Part shown: piece by piece, positions 1-9,207 of the stretch
Layout: the number at the start of each line of letters is the position of its first letter
Position numbering within the stretch: position 1 is the stretch's first letter
Origin: a virus
DNA: 64,000 nucleotides
Virus record (IMG/VR): IMGVR_UViG_3300035701_000001
Strand: one strand, 5' to 3'
Notes under the pieces: generated by a model
Databases searched by the model: none
Told to the model about the DNA's origin: nothing
Seen by the model: the letters and a program-made list of their open reading frames with translations, nothing else
Translations under genes and position numbers: made by a program

Positions 1-257
1 CACGCGCATCAGGGTCGTCCGTTTTTTGGAATGTAGGAGAACTGGAGTTCAGGGGTTTGAGGGGAGCGTTCTCAAAAGGCTTCTTCAAAAGTTCGTTTTC
101 AAGCTCTCTTGAATTCACTCTCACGCGCAACAGAGCCGTCCGCCTTTCGATTTCGCGATGTTGCGTTGCAGCATAGATATTCCATCTACGCGCTATAAGG
201 TCGTGTTGCCTTCCACAACCTTGATGTTGCATTGCAACAACAACGACAAAATACCGT

Positions 258-1244
258 CTATCTTACCATGGAATTCACCTTGCGAAACACGGGGATTCCA
301 CTGGGATGACGGTGTGAGAATGCATATTGTCCCATGTAGTTCTCGGGTCCATATTCTCTTCCCAGGAATTTCATGATCGGAAGATCCATGTCGTAGAAAT
401 GGTAGGTTCTTCCTCGCCACGCTCCGCGATCTAGGTAGCCTTTGTTTTGTCCGTTCTCGTCGATGATCCACACATCGTACTGTTGTCCGATGAATCCGGT
501 ACTCGGCTTCTTGTTTCGTGTGAACGAAGCGTATCCAGTACGTGGATGGAGGCTGTCTCCGGCGGACTGCGAAATACGGAGATAGTCCTGGAGTTCAGCT
601 TCTTCTTCCTTGATTTTTCTTTCGGATTCAGTCGATTCCCGCTCGGATTGTTCTTCCGGATCATCCGAGATGAACTCGATGATGTCCTTGTCTTCTTCCC
701 AGTCCGTTCGGTCTGGATCTTGTCCGTATCTTGTCCTGGTGGAAGGGGTTGGAGCCCATGCGATGTCTGTTGCAGTGGAGGGGACGGGTCTCAATTCCTT
801 GTTTTCATGGATGGATTCGAGGATCCAAATCCCTTGTTCATAGGGGGTTCCTACAACCTTGAATTTTCCGATTGGGTTTCCATCCGGGAATTCCGTTTCC
901 GTGTAAAGCGTACAAACATCCCCGACATCTGTCAGTGCATGCATGGGGCTGATGAACCCGTTCACTTCTCTTCTGTTCCACCAGACGATTGCCTTTTCGT
1001 CGTTGAAAAGAGTCGTTTTCCTCTTGGTTGTTGAGAATAGGTTTTTACCCTTTGTTCCTTGCAACGTTGTGTCCCAAGTCATTTCATGTTGAGACTTTGG
1101 GTTGAACCATTCTTTGGACAGGCTTGCCCTGTTTTGGCCGTATTTTGTTCCCTGGCAGTGACAGGTTCTCTTCCCCTGGTAGCCACTCAGTGTGTCCGCC
1201 AGTACGAGACCGAAAGCAGAAAGCCACAGGAGAGGGAGGAACAT
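258..1244 (-). CDS. Hypothetical exported protein with N-terminal signal peptide
   Basis: 328-aa ORF; N-terminus MFLPLLWLSAFGLVLAD is a hydrophobic signal-like segment; no family recognised. Confidence 0.7.
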   Translation of the reverse strand: MFLPLLWLSAFGLVLADTLSGYQGKRTCHCQGTKYGQNRASLSKEWFNPKSQHEMTWDTTLQGTKGKNLFSTTKRKTTLFNDEKAIVWWNRREVNGFISPMHALTDVGDVCTLYTETEFPDGNPIGKFKVVGTPYEQGIWILESIHENKELRPVPSTATDIAWAPTPSTRTRYGQDPDRTDWEEDKDIIEFISDDPEEQSERESTESERKIKEEEAELQDYLRISQSAGDSLHPRTGYASFTRNKKPSTGFIGQQYDVWIIDENGQNKGYLDRGAWRGRTYHFYDMDLPIMKFLGREYGPENYMGQYAFSHRHPSGIPVFRKVNSMVR

Positions 1245-1303
1245 GGTCGGCTCCGTGTTATGACTCTTTCATCTTCTATCCCATCCATTGGGTAGGAGGG
1301 ATC

Positions 1304-1729
1304 ATGGCTCGCAAGAAGATCACGGTCACACGCAAGCAACACACACGTCCGGCGCACCATCGCAAGGGGTATCACCGGGCAGACGGGACGTGGGTCAAGG
1401 GGACCGAGGTCAAGAGGACGGTCGTTCAAAAGAGTATCTTCCAGATCAAGGACCGTGGGGCTCCAGGCAAGGGTCCGAAGCTCATCACCATGAAACCGGG
1501 GGGGCTTGGGGGGCCGGGGTATATGTCCTCGGCAGAACGGACTCGTCACGCACGGCTCAACGCTTCGGTGCAGAAGGATGGCTACGAGAGGACGATGCAT
1601 CGGCTTACGGCGCTCACGGTGTACGGGAAGCGCACGATGACGGATCGGCAGAAGCGTCAACTCCAGAAGGACCGGGACTGGCTCTCCCAGCAGTATGGGG
1701 GACCTGGTTCCTATGGTCCCAGGAAGTAG
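1304..1729 (+). CDS. Small highly basic protein, candidate DNA-binding/core protein
   Basis: AGGAGG RBS before ATG 1304; MARKKITVTRKQHTRPAHHRKG is K/R/H-rich; three YG dipeptides near the C-terminus. Confidence 0.75.
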   Translation: MARKKITVTRKQHTRPAHHRKGYHRADGTWVKGTEVKRTVVQKSIFQIKDRGAPGKGPKLITMKPGGLGGPGYMSSAERTRHARLNASVQKDGYERTMHRLTALTVYGKRTMTDRQKRQLQKDRDWLSQQYGGPGSYGPRK

Positions 1730-1744
1730 GCTCCGGGAAGCACA

Positions 1745-2809
1745 TTGGAGCATCTGGTCGAGATTGCGAAGGGATCCAAGGATATTGTCGTCGGGATCTC
1801 TGGATTCGGGTCGGCTGGGTATGATTTTTCCCGGTGGAAAACCGCTGCCCAGTTGACGGGATGCACGACTTTCGTACTTCGGTATGATGCACAGACGCTT
1901 CCGTGGCCGGAAGGGGTCGATTGGTTTCCTCCCGATCCCGAAGTTCTTTTCGAACTTGGAATGCGTTGGAGGGATGCACGGAAGGGGGCAAAGACTGCAT
2001 CCAAGTATCTCTCAGGGTGGTTGCACCGTTGGGACCAGGCGGGTCGCAGGGTTCTCCTCCTTGGGTTTTCCCTGGGTGCCTACGTCGCGTGGAACGCGGT
2101 TCTATCGGGTTCATTTCGCAATGTGGACGTGGTGTTTTTGCTCGGAGCCGTGGGAGAGCCCGTTGTCCGTGGTAAGGATTTCCCTCCGGATCGTCTCGTT
2201 GTGAACCTGTTTTCTTCCGATGATTCGACCCTGAAGTACGTCTATCCTCACGCCGTGGGGTTTCCGGAGTCTCCTGCCGTGGGGACCAAGGCAGTGGACG
2301 GTCTTGTCAACGTGGATGTCACGGACCTGGTCCGGACGGATCACTCCTGGGGGTCCTATCATTTGCCGGTGCTGATTCGTTCGGGTCTCGGGTGGTATTG
2401 GCTCCATCGAGACCAGATTGTGGTTCCTGTTATCGAGGAAATGGATCAACTGGATTTTCTCTCGGACGCGACATTGGAGCGTCTGTATCGTTGGATGCAA
2501 ATCGACAACGAGCTTTCTGCTGTATTGGGGCAGGCGGTTTTTGGGCAGCCTGGATCGGTTGAATTCTGTAGGGAACTGGATGCCTGGTCCTTGCAGAAGC
2601 AGCGTCTTTCTTCCCTGATGGATATCGGACGTGTCTCGGATTCATTGCGAGAGGTTCGAAAGGGAAGTAAGGGGGAGTTGGCTGCCATCCGTTCGATGGG
2701 AAGGATTTCAGGGTTTCTTCATCATTGGTTGGAAGAATCATTCGAATCTGTATCTTCCGGAGGGAAGATGGAGTCGAACGGTTCCGATGGAAACTCGGCA
2801 TCCGTCTGA
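1745..2809 (+). CDS. Alpha/beta hydrolase (DUF726/lipase-like)
   Basis: Nucleophile elbow LLGFSLGAYV (GxSxG), then VNLFSSDDSTLKYVY and NVDVTDLV..DHS, matching the Ser-Asp-His layout of DUF726-type hydrolases; TTG start. Confidence 0.75.
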   Translation: MEHLVEIAKGSKDIVVGISGFGSAGYDFSRWKTAAQLTGCTTFVLRYDAQTLPWPEGVDWFPPDPEVLFELGMRWRDARKGAKTASKYLSGWLHRWDQAGRRVLLLGFSLGAYVAWNAVLSGSFRNVDVVFLLGAVGEPVVRGKDFPPDRLVVNLFSSDDSTLKYVYPHAVGFPESPAVGTKAVDGLVNVDVTDLVRTDHSWGSYHLPVLIRSGLGWYWLHRDQIVVPVIEEMDQLDFLSDATLERLYRWMQIDNELSAVLGQAVFGQPGSVEFCRELDAWSLQKQRLSSLMDIGRVSDSLREVRKGSKGELAAIRSMGRISGFLHHWLEESFESVSSGGKMESNGSDGNSASV

Positions 2810-3435
2810 GTCGGTGCGGGGCTTGGCATGAGAAGTGGGCTTCCTTTGACATAATGGACGCGTGGAGAGGTGACAGATTTTCTTGGAAGCCAACTGAATT
2901 TGACAATCATCAAAAACTGGACTGGAACGTGGTTTTTGACGTATTGATTTACAGGGCAGACACCTTGCGTGCTTTTCGATTTTCTGTTGTTCAGTGGGTT
3001 TTTCCAGTAGGATACCCCTTCGAATTCCAGGATCTGCTCTGGTTTCAAGAATGGATATTGAATGCGGATGGCAGGGTAGATGATGGTTTCTTCGTTGGGG
3101 GTCCAATGATGAAACTTGGTTTTTGCGAGCTTCTGTCCACCTTCTGGACCTGAGATCCGGTAGAGGTGACCCGTGATGTCACTGGGGAGCCAGGTATTGA
3201 ACAAGAGCATCTTGGGTTCGAACCGGATTGTGTCCGGGTCGTACTGCATGGGTCTTGGATATTGGCAGCTTTCTTTGAGGGATGGCATCCGGACGTAGAA
3301 CCGGAGAGCATTGCGTGCATAGAGAGGGCCGCTCACGAGTTGGACAATTCCGTTTGTCTTGGCGTCCAGAAGGGGAAGTGTGAGGGTACCATCGGTTCCC
3401 ACTGTGTGGATGAATGGTTCGAGTGCCTGGTTCAT
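2722..3435 (-). CDS. Hypothetical protein
   Basis: Start MNQALEPF overlaps the stop of 3432-3875 (ATGA coupling); part of a minus-strand run; competing plus-strand ORFs exist. Confidence 0.5.
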   Translation of the reverse strand: MNQALEPFIHTVGTDGTLTLPLLDAKTNGIVQLVSGPLYARNALRFYVRMPSLKESCQYPRPMQYDPDTIRFEPKMLLFNTWLPSDITGHLYRISGPEGGQKLAKTKFHHWTPNEETIIYPAIRIQYPFLKPEQILEFEGVSYWKNPLNNRKSKSTQGVCPVNQYVKNHVPVQFLMIVKFSWLPRKSVTSPRVHYVKGSPLLMPSPAPTQTDAEFPSEPFDSIFPPEDTDSNDSSNQ

Positions 3436-3875
3436 AGCCAGGTTTCCTGGAATGATGAAATATATTTGAATCTGTACTTGAACGATACACAAATCCATTT
3501 TTCGAACAGTGGCTCGGAAGGCAGTGTTCTACAGAGTATGTTCCTCAGTGTTTCCAAGAAATTCATGACGTCTTGCTTGATGTCTTCTTCTTCGTTTTCT
3601 CTTGTTGGGACGTATCTGAACTTCGCTATTGTCTTCTTGGATATATTCAATTTTCCGTTCGTCTTGTTTCTTGTCTTGCTTACTTGTTGAATAAGAATGG
3701 TCAGACCATCCCATTCTGGATTGTCGAGGAATGCACTTCTTGCTTTGAGATAGGAGATCTCTGGTCTGCGGTGTATGAATCGGTCACACGCTTCGTATGC
3801 TGTGATCTTGGGCCAGACTTCTGGACCACTATACCGAAGGAAATCCTTGTTTTCCAAAAAGGATAGGTGGTTCAA
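3432..3875 (-). CDS. Hypothetical protein
   Basis: 147-aa ORF coupled to both neighbours by start/stop overlaps. Confidence 0.55.
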   Translation of the reverse strand: MNHLSFLENKDFLRYSGPEVWPKITAYEACDRFIHRRPEISYLKARSAFLDNPEWDGLTILIQQVSKTRNKTNGKLNISKKTIAKFRYVPTRENEEEDIKQDVMNFLETLRNILCRTLPSEPLFEKWICVSFKYRFKYISSFQETWL

Positions 3876-5068
3876 ATGATTTTCCTCATGAGTTTCTTCC
3901 CAAGTTCTATGACTTCTCCCTTGTCATGTCCCTGGTCGAGCCATTGGTCCATCATCTCGGCCACTTCCTGGGGAGATCTTCCATTGAGCGGATTCTGGGA
4001 ACTGGAGGGCTCCGGATCTTCGTAGACGGATTCTTCGTATTCTTCGTCTACGTCTTCTGGAAATTCTCCTTCATCCGGGACAATGTCCTCTTCGGAGGTG
4101 TAGAAACCATCGTATTCTCCCTCGTCGTCATCTTCCGCGAGCGTATACTGGTCGTAGCCGAGATCGGGTTCTGGAGGAGTCTGGTTGACCATGGGCAATG
4201 CCCGTTGGTTCGGTGGGATGGGTAGGGAGGGATTCGAACGGACAGGCATGTTCATCAACTGGTTCACGGCGTTTCCGGCCTGCTGGTTTCCACCCGTCAG
4301 GATTCCTGATTGCATGGTGATTTTCAAGGCTTCGCCGAGGAGGTTCTGCCAGAAGGGCTGGTCCTGTCCCTGCTGTTGATTTTGCATCCAGGGAGGGGCT
4401 GCATTGACACCGCGCATGGCGTTGATGGCCGAGGCGGATGCGGCGATGACGTTGGTCGCCTGGCCGAACATCCGGGACATCATCTCATCCTTGTTCTTGT
4501 TTTCCTCGTAGAGGTGCTGGGTGAAATCATCCATTTCTCCCTTGTGTCCCGCCCCTTTGGAACCGGTGGGCAGGGTTCCGACGGCGACGGCTCCCCGGTA
4601 GCCTCCGAGGTAGGCCTTGTCCTTCTTTCGGACGATGCTCACCTCGATGTTTCCCTCGAAGGGGACGCCGATGGTCGCGCACAGCGATTTCATCAGGGTG
4701 ATGAACCCGCTTTTCCCATAGTCTTTCGTGTTCGGGTCGTAGGGGGAAGGACCGTAGTTTGCCGGGGGGGCGTTGTCGGGCATGACCTTGATGCGAATGA
4801 GCATCCGGTCGAGTTGGATGGGCCACCACTTCGGTTTTTTTCCGGAGACCAGGTCGTTGTAGAGTTCCGAGACATCTTCGATGTCCGGAGCTTCGGGAAG
4901 CCCGTCTTTGGTTCCACTGGCTTCGGCTTCATCGACTGCGTCGTGGTAGCTGGCGATGGCCAGTGCAGAGAGGACGGTTTCGTAGATGCGCTCGACGTCG
5001 ATTTCCTCGAATTCGAGCAGGGATTCCCATCCTCGGGCGGATGTGACGCTGGATTCCTTACGTGGCAT
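3872..5068 (-). CDS. Hypothetical acidic protein
   Basis: 398-aa ORF with strong GC3 codon bias, Q/N-rich middle and D/E-rich C-terminal part. Confidence 0.8.
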   Translation of the reverse strand: MPRKESSVTSARGWESLLEFEEIDVERIYETVLSALAIASYHDAVDEAEASGTKDGLPEAPDIEDVSELYNDLVSGKKPKWWPIQLDRMLIRIKVMPDNAPPANYGPSPYDPNTKDYGKSGFITLMKSLCATIGVPFEGNIEVSIVRKKDKAYLGGYRGAVAVGTLPTGSKGAGHKGEMDDFTQHLYEENKNKDEMMSRMFGQATNVIAASASAINAMRGVNAAPPWMQNQQQGQDQPFWQNLLGEALKITMQSGILTGGNQQAGNAVNQLMNMPVRSNPSLPIPPNQRALPMVNQTPPEPDLGYDQYTLAEDDDEGEYDGFYTSEEDIVPDEGEFPEDVDEEYEESVYEDPEPSSSQNPLNGRSPQEVAEMMDQWLDQGHDKGEVIELGKKLMRKII

Positions 5069-6101
5069 CGGGGAGAGTCTCCTGGGCGTGGGACTGGATG
5101 AGTTCGATGGCTTGTACCGGGGTGATCCAGGTCAGCCCGTGCCGTTCTGCGAATTGTTTGCGAGCTTCGACATCGGGGGGTTCGGCATAGCCGTTGTCGT
5201 AGAGGTTGCACCGGATGGCGGATGAGGCACATCCCATCATGCGGACTCCGTGTTCTTCGAGGTCTTCGAAGATTCCACGGAGCTTGGCACCTGAGGTGGG
5301 GTAGAGGTGTAGATCGTAGTTTCCTGCCGATCCTTCGATGGAGTAGCAGTAGGGGAACGGTTGTTCGACGACTCCCTTCTCATCGAGGGAGAAGTAGTGG
5401 GAGAAGACGTTTCCGAATCGGTTCTTGCGGATGGAGAGTCGTCGGAGTCCGGTCATGTCGTCGGGAATGTCGGCCAGCACGTCGACGAGGTGGCGAAGCT
5501 GGTTGGGTCCGAGAACATCTCCGTCTTTCGTGTACTGGGCGATGAAGATGCCTCGGGCTCGTGCGGCCTGGATCCGGTTGATGGCTGCCTTCATGACGTG
5601 GGTCGATTCCCAGGAGGTTGCAAGCTGGGAGATCGAGTCGACGACGATGAGGTCGTCTTTTTCGAGTCCGATGAGATCTTCTTCGAGTTCTTCCCACGTG
5701 TTGATCATGGAGAAGCGGGGGACGGGTGCCATGGGGTTGTGCTGTCCCACCACGCGGTTCCAGGAGGAGAAGACCATCTGGATCTGTTGTTCGGAGGACA
5801 TGTACCGGGTTGGGTTGGTCTTGAGCGCGATGGTCGTTTTTCCGGAGCCTGCATTTCCAGAGAGCAGGATGGTTCCTCCATGTTCGAGCTTGAGATGGGA
5901 CCAGGGGTGTGGAAGTGCCGGTGGATCTTCCAGGTCTGAGTATTTCCGGTTGGGGCGAGCCCTGCGGCTGTCGAGGTCGTTGTTGTTGCATCTTGGACAG
6001 GTGTGGACTTCTGGATCCAGGATGGGAAGCGTGCAGTTGTAACAGACCCGGTGGGGTTCGATGGCCAGGCTGTTTTGAATTTCGCTCTTATTTCCTTCCA
6101 T
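5058..6101 (-). CDS. radA: RadA/Sms-like ATPase lacking the Lon-like C-terminal domain
   Basis: Zn finger CYNC..CPRC, Walker A SGNAGSGKTT, Walker B LIVVDSISQL, TKDGDVLGPNQLRHLVD, and the RadA signature KNRFG. Confidence 0.85.
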   Translation of the reverse strand: MEGNKSEIQNSLAIEPHRVCYNCTLPILDPEVHTCPRCNNNDLDSRRARPNRKYSDLEDPPALPHPWSHLKLEHGGTILLSGNAGSGKTTIALKTNPTRYMSSEQQIQMVFSSWNRVVGQHNPMAPVPRFSMINTWEELEEDLIGLEKDDLIVVDSISQLATSWESTHVMKAAINRIQAARARGIFIAQYTKDGDVLGPNQLRHLVDVLADIPDDMTGLRRLSIRKNRFGNVFSHYFSLDEKGVVEQPFPYCYSIEGSAGNYDLHLYPTSGAKLRGIFEDLEEHGVRMMGCASSAIRCNLYDNGYAEPPDVEARKQFAERHGLTWITPVQAIELIQSHAQETLPDAT

Positions 6102-6433
6102 TTTTTATGACCTATGGTGCAGGATCTATTTTTTTTGGCGTGGTATTTTCGGATATATCGCGAGAAGTCCGGTAATACAAGTTTTTCTTCATGGGAGTCC
6201 TCTAAGTTGTTTTGAAGGTATCAACAGCCCTTTCGGTGTATTACGTCTTTATATGTTTGGACAGAACCTTTGAATAATGTAGTTCTGATTTACTTATCTT
6301 GTACCCCAGTGAATAGTATCAAAATGATTTGGGTCGGACGCCGGGTTTTCTTGCGCGCTTCCGTGGATCGCCTAGATTTCACAGGAAGGCGGTCTGTGGA
6401 AAGGCCGTTCGATTCCAACCACGGAGAGACAAC
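6102..6433. promoter_or_regulatory. AT-rich divergent intergenic region
   Basis: About 36% GC over 6101-6330 (hand count); lies between the minus-strand radA run and the plus-strand structural cluster. Confidence 0.55.
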
Positions 6434-6862
6434 ATGTTCGATGCATGGGCAATCGCGGGCGTTGGCGGCGGATCTGCAGCGCTGACCTACCTGGCATGCG
6501 GCTGGAAGCAGACGAAGGATGGCAAGCAGTGCATGCGCCTGTCCCTGGACGAGGGCTGCAGTCTCCTGGGTGACGTCCGTCTCCTGGGCGGCATCGGCAC
6601 GGGCATCGCGTCGATGTACGTCGGAGGTGCCGACACCAAGAAGGCCCTGCAGACCGTCTGCGCGGCAAGCCTGCTTTCGCTGGTCCAGACCGAGGTCATC
6701 CGGTGGCGTCTCGCCAAGCAGGGGAACACGGGCGTGGCGGAGAAGCTCCCCATCTTCCCGTCGGTCTTCCAGAAGGCCACCGAGGGGGCCTACGGCGCGC
6801 TTCCCGGCCCGCAGGCCTCGCACTCGACCAGCCAGCGCCAGTCGGCCTGGGCTCGTCGCTGA
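6434..6862 (+). CDS. Small hydrophobic putative virion/membrane protein
   Basis: GGAGAG RBS; strong GC3 bias; Gly/Ala-rich hydrophobic segments; GAYGA near the C-terminus. Confidence 0.8.
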   Translation: MFDAWAIAGVGGGSAALTYLACGWKQTKDGKQCMRLSLDEGCSLLGDVRLLGGIGTGIASMYVGGADTKKALQTVCAASLLSLVQTEVIRWRLAKQGNTGVAEKLPIFPSVFQKATEGAYGALPGPQASHSTSQRQSAWARR

Positions 6863-6953
6863 TCTTCGGATCTCCGGACAGGGCGGGGGATGACTCCGCC
6901 CTACGATGACATCTTCATCCACAAGACGCCCTTCGGGGCAAGAGGACACAACC

Positions 6954-7754
6954 ATGGAACAGTACGGAGGATTCCTCGGAATCCACACCAACCCGCAGGC
7001 ACGGCTTGCACAGATCGATGGGAAGCTCGCAATCGAACTGTCCAAGCCCTCCGGTGCCCAGCGCACCCAGAAGATCGCCCGCCTCATGGGGCTGCGTGAC
7101 AAGGTGCTCGCGAAGGTCGCCGCCCGCAAGGGCGCCGAACTCGCAGCGGCCTCCATCCCCGGCCTGGCCGGTGGACTGGCCAGCAGCGGCATCCGGGGCA
7201 TGGACGTCATCGAACACGAGTTCTCCCCCGAGGTCGTTCGCCAACACAACCTCGAAGGCGCGGCCCAGGGCCTCCGCCAGATGTCCGTCGCCCCTCCGGG
7301 CTCCGGCCGCCTGGTCCCGATCCCCTTCGTCACGTCCGCGAGCACGGTCCCCGTTCACGTCGTGACGGGTGGCGGTGGTGCGCTCGGTGCCGCAGTGGGC
7401 AACCTGCAGACCGAACCGGTGAACTGGGCGGTGCTTCGCATCGTCGCGCTCACCACGCAGACCATCGCGGCGGCCACGGGCGTCGTCGGCGTCATGCAGG
7501 ACTTCAAGATCGGAGGCAGCCCCAACCTGTTCCTCTCCGAGAACTGGGTCCTGATGGACGACTACGACACCGACAAGGAGCAGTTCGCAGGGCTCCGCGC
7601 GTACCCGGTCCTCATCAGCCCGAACATCGCCTACGTCACGACCAACACGTGGGCCCCAGCGGGTCAGAACCTGTACTACGCCGTCAGCCTCGTGACCGAG
7701 GTTCTCCGCGACGACGCCTTCGGACCGGGCCTTCCCGGCGGATACGCGCGGTAG
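6954..7754 (+). CDS. Candidate major capsid protein (single-jelly-roll-like, beta-rich C-terminal domain)
   Basis: AGAGGAC RBS, extreme codon bias, flanking hairpins; about 140-aa alternating-hydrophobic beta domain; clear paralog at 55866-56645; fold is inferred, not searched. Confidence 0.55.
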   Translation: MEQYGGFLGIHTNPQARLAQIDGKLAIELSKPSGAQRTQKIARLMGLRDKVLAKVAARKGAELAAASIPGLAGGLASSGIRGMDVIEHEFSPEVVRQHNLEGAAQGLRQMSVAPPGSGRLVPIPFVTSASTVPVHVVTGGGGALGAAVGNLQTEPVNWAVLRIVALTTQTIAAATGVVGVMQDFKIGGSPNLFLSENWVLMDDYDTDKEQFAGLRAYPVLISPNIAYVTTNTWAPAGQNLYYAVSLVTEVLRDDAFGPGLPGGYAR

Positions 7755-7759
7755 ACACT

Positions 7760-7848
7760 GCGCTCTGGAGGAATCAACCCCTCCAGGCGCGGGTCCGCCC
7801 CGCGAGCCGAACAACAACGGGGTCGGGGTGAAAGCCTCGGCCCCGTTG
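7760..7848 (+). terminator. Two stem-loops downstream of the capsid candidate
   Basis: GCGC(T)CTGGAGG/CCTCCAGGCGC at 7760-7790; 15-bp stem with GAAA tetraloop at 7815-7848; only a short T run follows. Confidence 0.6.
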
Positions 7849-7903
7849 CCGTTTCCAGATCGGTTTCGAATCCTTCTTCCATTCTTTTTCTCTGGGGAAG
7901 TCC

Positions 7904-9172
7904 ATGTCGGGAACCAGCGCAGTCAGCAACCAGCATCCACGGTATGGATTCACCGAGCAGAGGATGTATGCGACCCTGCCGGGCAGTGGTCTCTCGAATG
8001 TCAATCCGACCGGGGCATCGTTCGAACGTCCTCCCGGTGTCGGGACCGTGGCCGTCGTCGGAGTTTCGACCGCACTCGCAGGCGGTGCCCAGGTCAACAT
8101 GATCCTGGAAGGGTCGAACGACAACGTGAACTTCCTGGTTCTCGCCCAGCTTGCGGTGGCGGACTCCTTCACGGTGGCCGTTCCCCCTGGTCCCGCAGAG
8201 ACGAAGGTCCTGAACGCGGCGGTCGATCAACAGGTCGATGTCCAGCGGTTTGCCTACCTGCGTGTGCGTACGTTCTCCCCAGGGGGTACCTACGCCATCA
8301 ACGTGGTTGTGACGGGCATCGCGCTCGACTCCGAGAAGTTCATCTATCGGTGGAACTTCGGTCGTCTTGGTCTTACACCGACGTTCCAGAACGGTCTGGT
8401 CTACATCCGTCCGGCTGGAACGAAGTTCACGAACGTCCAGGTTTCTGCGACCATCGTGAACCTGGGGGGCATCCTCGGGTTCAACTTCATCCTGCAGGGA
8501 TGTCCGAACTACGTCGCCGGGTCCCTTGCAAATATCTGGGTGGATCTCTCCTCTGTTTTCGTGAACGGAGTCGGCTCCTACTTCCTGCAGCAGAACGGCA
8601 CCACGGAGATGGATCTCGGGAGCTACACGCACTTCCGGGTGCGTGTGATCGACGATCCGACCAATCCTCCGGGACCTCTCACGGCGTACATTGCCAGTGT
8701 CTACCTCACACTCGACTCGATGGACTGGGTCGATTCCCAGGAAGCGGCGAGTGGAGGAGGGGGTGGGGGAGGTATCGCAGACAACGCTCTGCTGAACGCG
8801 ACATTCGGGGCACCGGGTCCCGAGGTCGGCAACACCATCCCGGTCGACCTCTACCTGCTCGATGTCGCGGGAAATCCGCTTCCGGGGTCTCGCCGGGTCG
8901 AATGCCTCCTATACGATACTCCGAATGCGGGGGACCTCGATCTCGCGACGAACGCGGTGTTCTCGGCGGTCGGAGGCGGGGCTGTCGCCATCAGTGGCAT
9001 CGGCACGAACCGGGTCGTTCTCACGACGGACGCAACGGGGCATGCCATCCTCTCGGTTCTCGATGCAGCCGTCGAGTGGGTCTACCTCACGGCGGTCACG
9101 CCCAAGGGGCCCCTCACGGACCCGACCATCGTCTACAAGTCGCAGCAGTCGGCGCTGCAGTTCGTGCCGTGA
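7904..9172 (+). CDS. Putative spike/receptor-binding protein (beta-sandwich repeats plus Ig-like domain)
   Basis: Beta-rich; repeated ILEGSNDNVNF / ILQGCPN motifs; SGGGGGG linker; C-terminal VDLYLLDVAGNPLPG..TTDATGHAILSV resembles bacterial Ig-like (Big) domains. Confidence 0.6.
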   Translation: MSGTSAVSNQHPRYGFTEQRMYATLPGSGLSNVNPTGASFERPPGVGTVAVVGVSTALAGGAQVNMILEGSNDNVNFLVLAQLAVADSFTVAVPPGPAETKVLNAAVDQQVDVQRFAYLRVRTFSPGGTYAINVVVTGIALDSEKFIYRWNFGRLGLTPTFQNGLVYIRPAGTKFTNVQVSATIVNLGGILGFNFILQGCPNYVAGSLANIWVDLSSVFVNGVGSYFLQQNGTTEMDLGSYTHFRVRVIDDPTNPPGPLTAYIASVYLTLDSMDWVDSQEAASGGGGGGGIADNALLNATFGAPGPEVGNTIPVDLYLLDVAGNPLPGSRRVECLLYDTPNAGDLDLATNAVFSAVGGGAVAISGIGTNRVVLTTDATGHAILSVLDAAVEWVYLTAVTPKGPLTDPTIVYKSQQSALQFVP

Positions 9173-9207
9173 TCTAGTTGAATCCTCGAATTTTCTAGGG
9201 ACAGTCC

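Noticed and set aside
1-232. Open minus-strand frame MQHQGCG.. running off the window start
   Set aside because: Partial, no RBS or motif; cannot be supported from this window
5058-6101. RadA-like ATPase as the genome-packaging ATPase
   Set aside because: Motifs are RecA/RadA-type, not FtsK/HerA/A32-type; a packaging motor is not identified in this window
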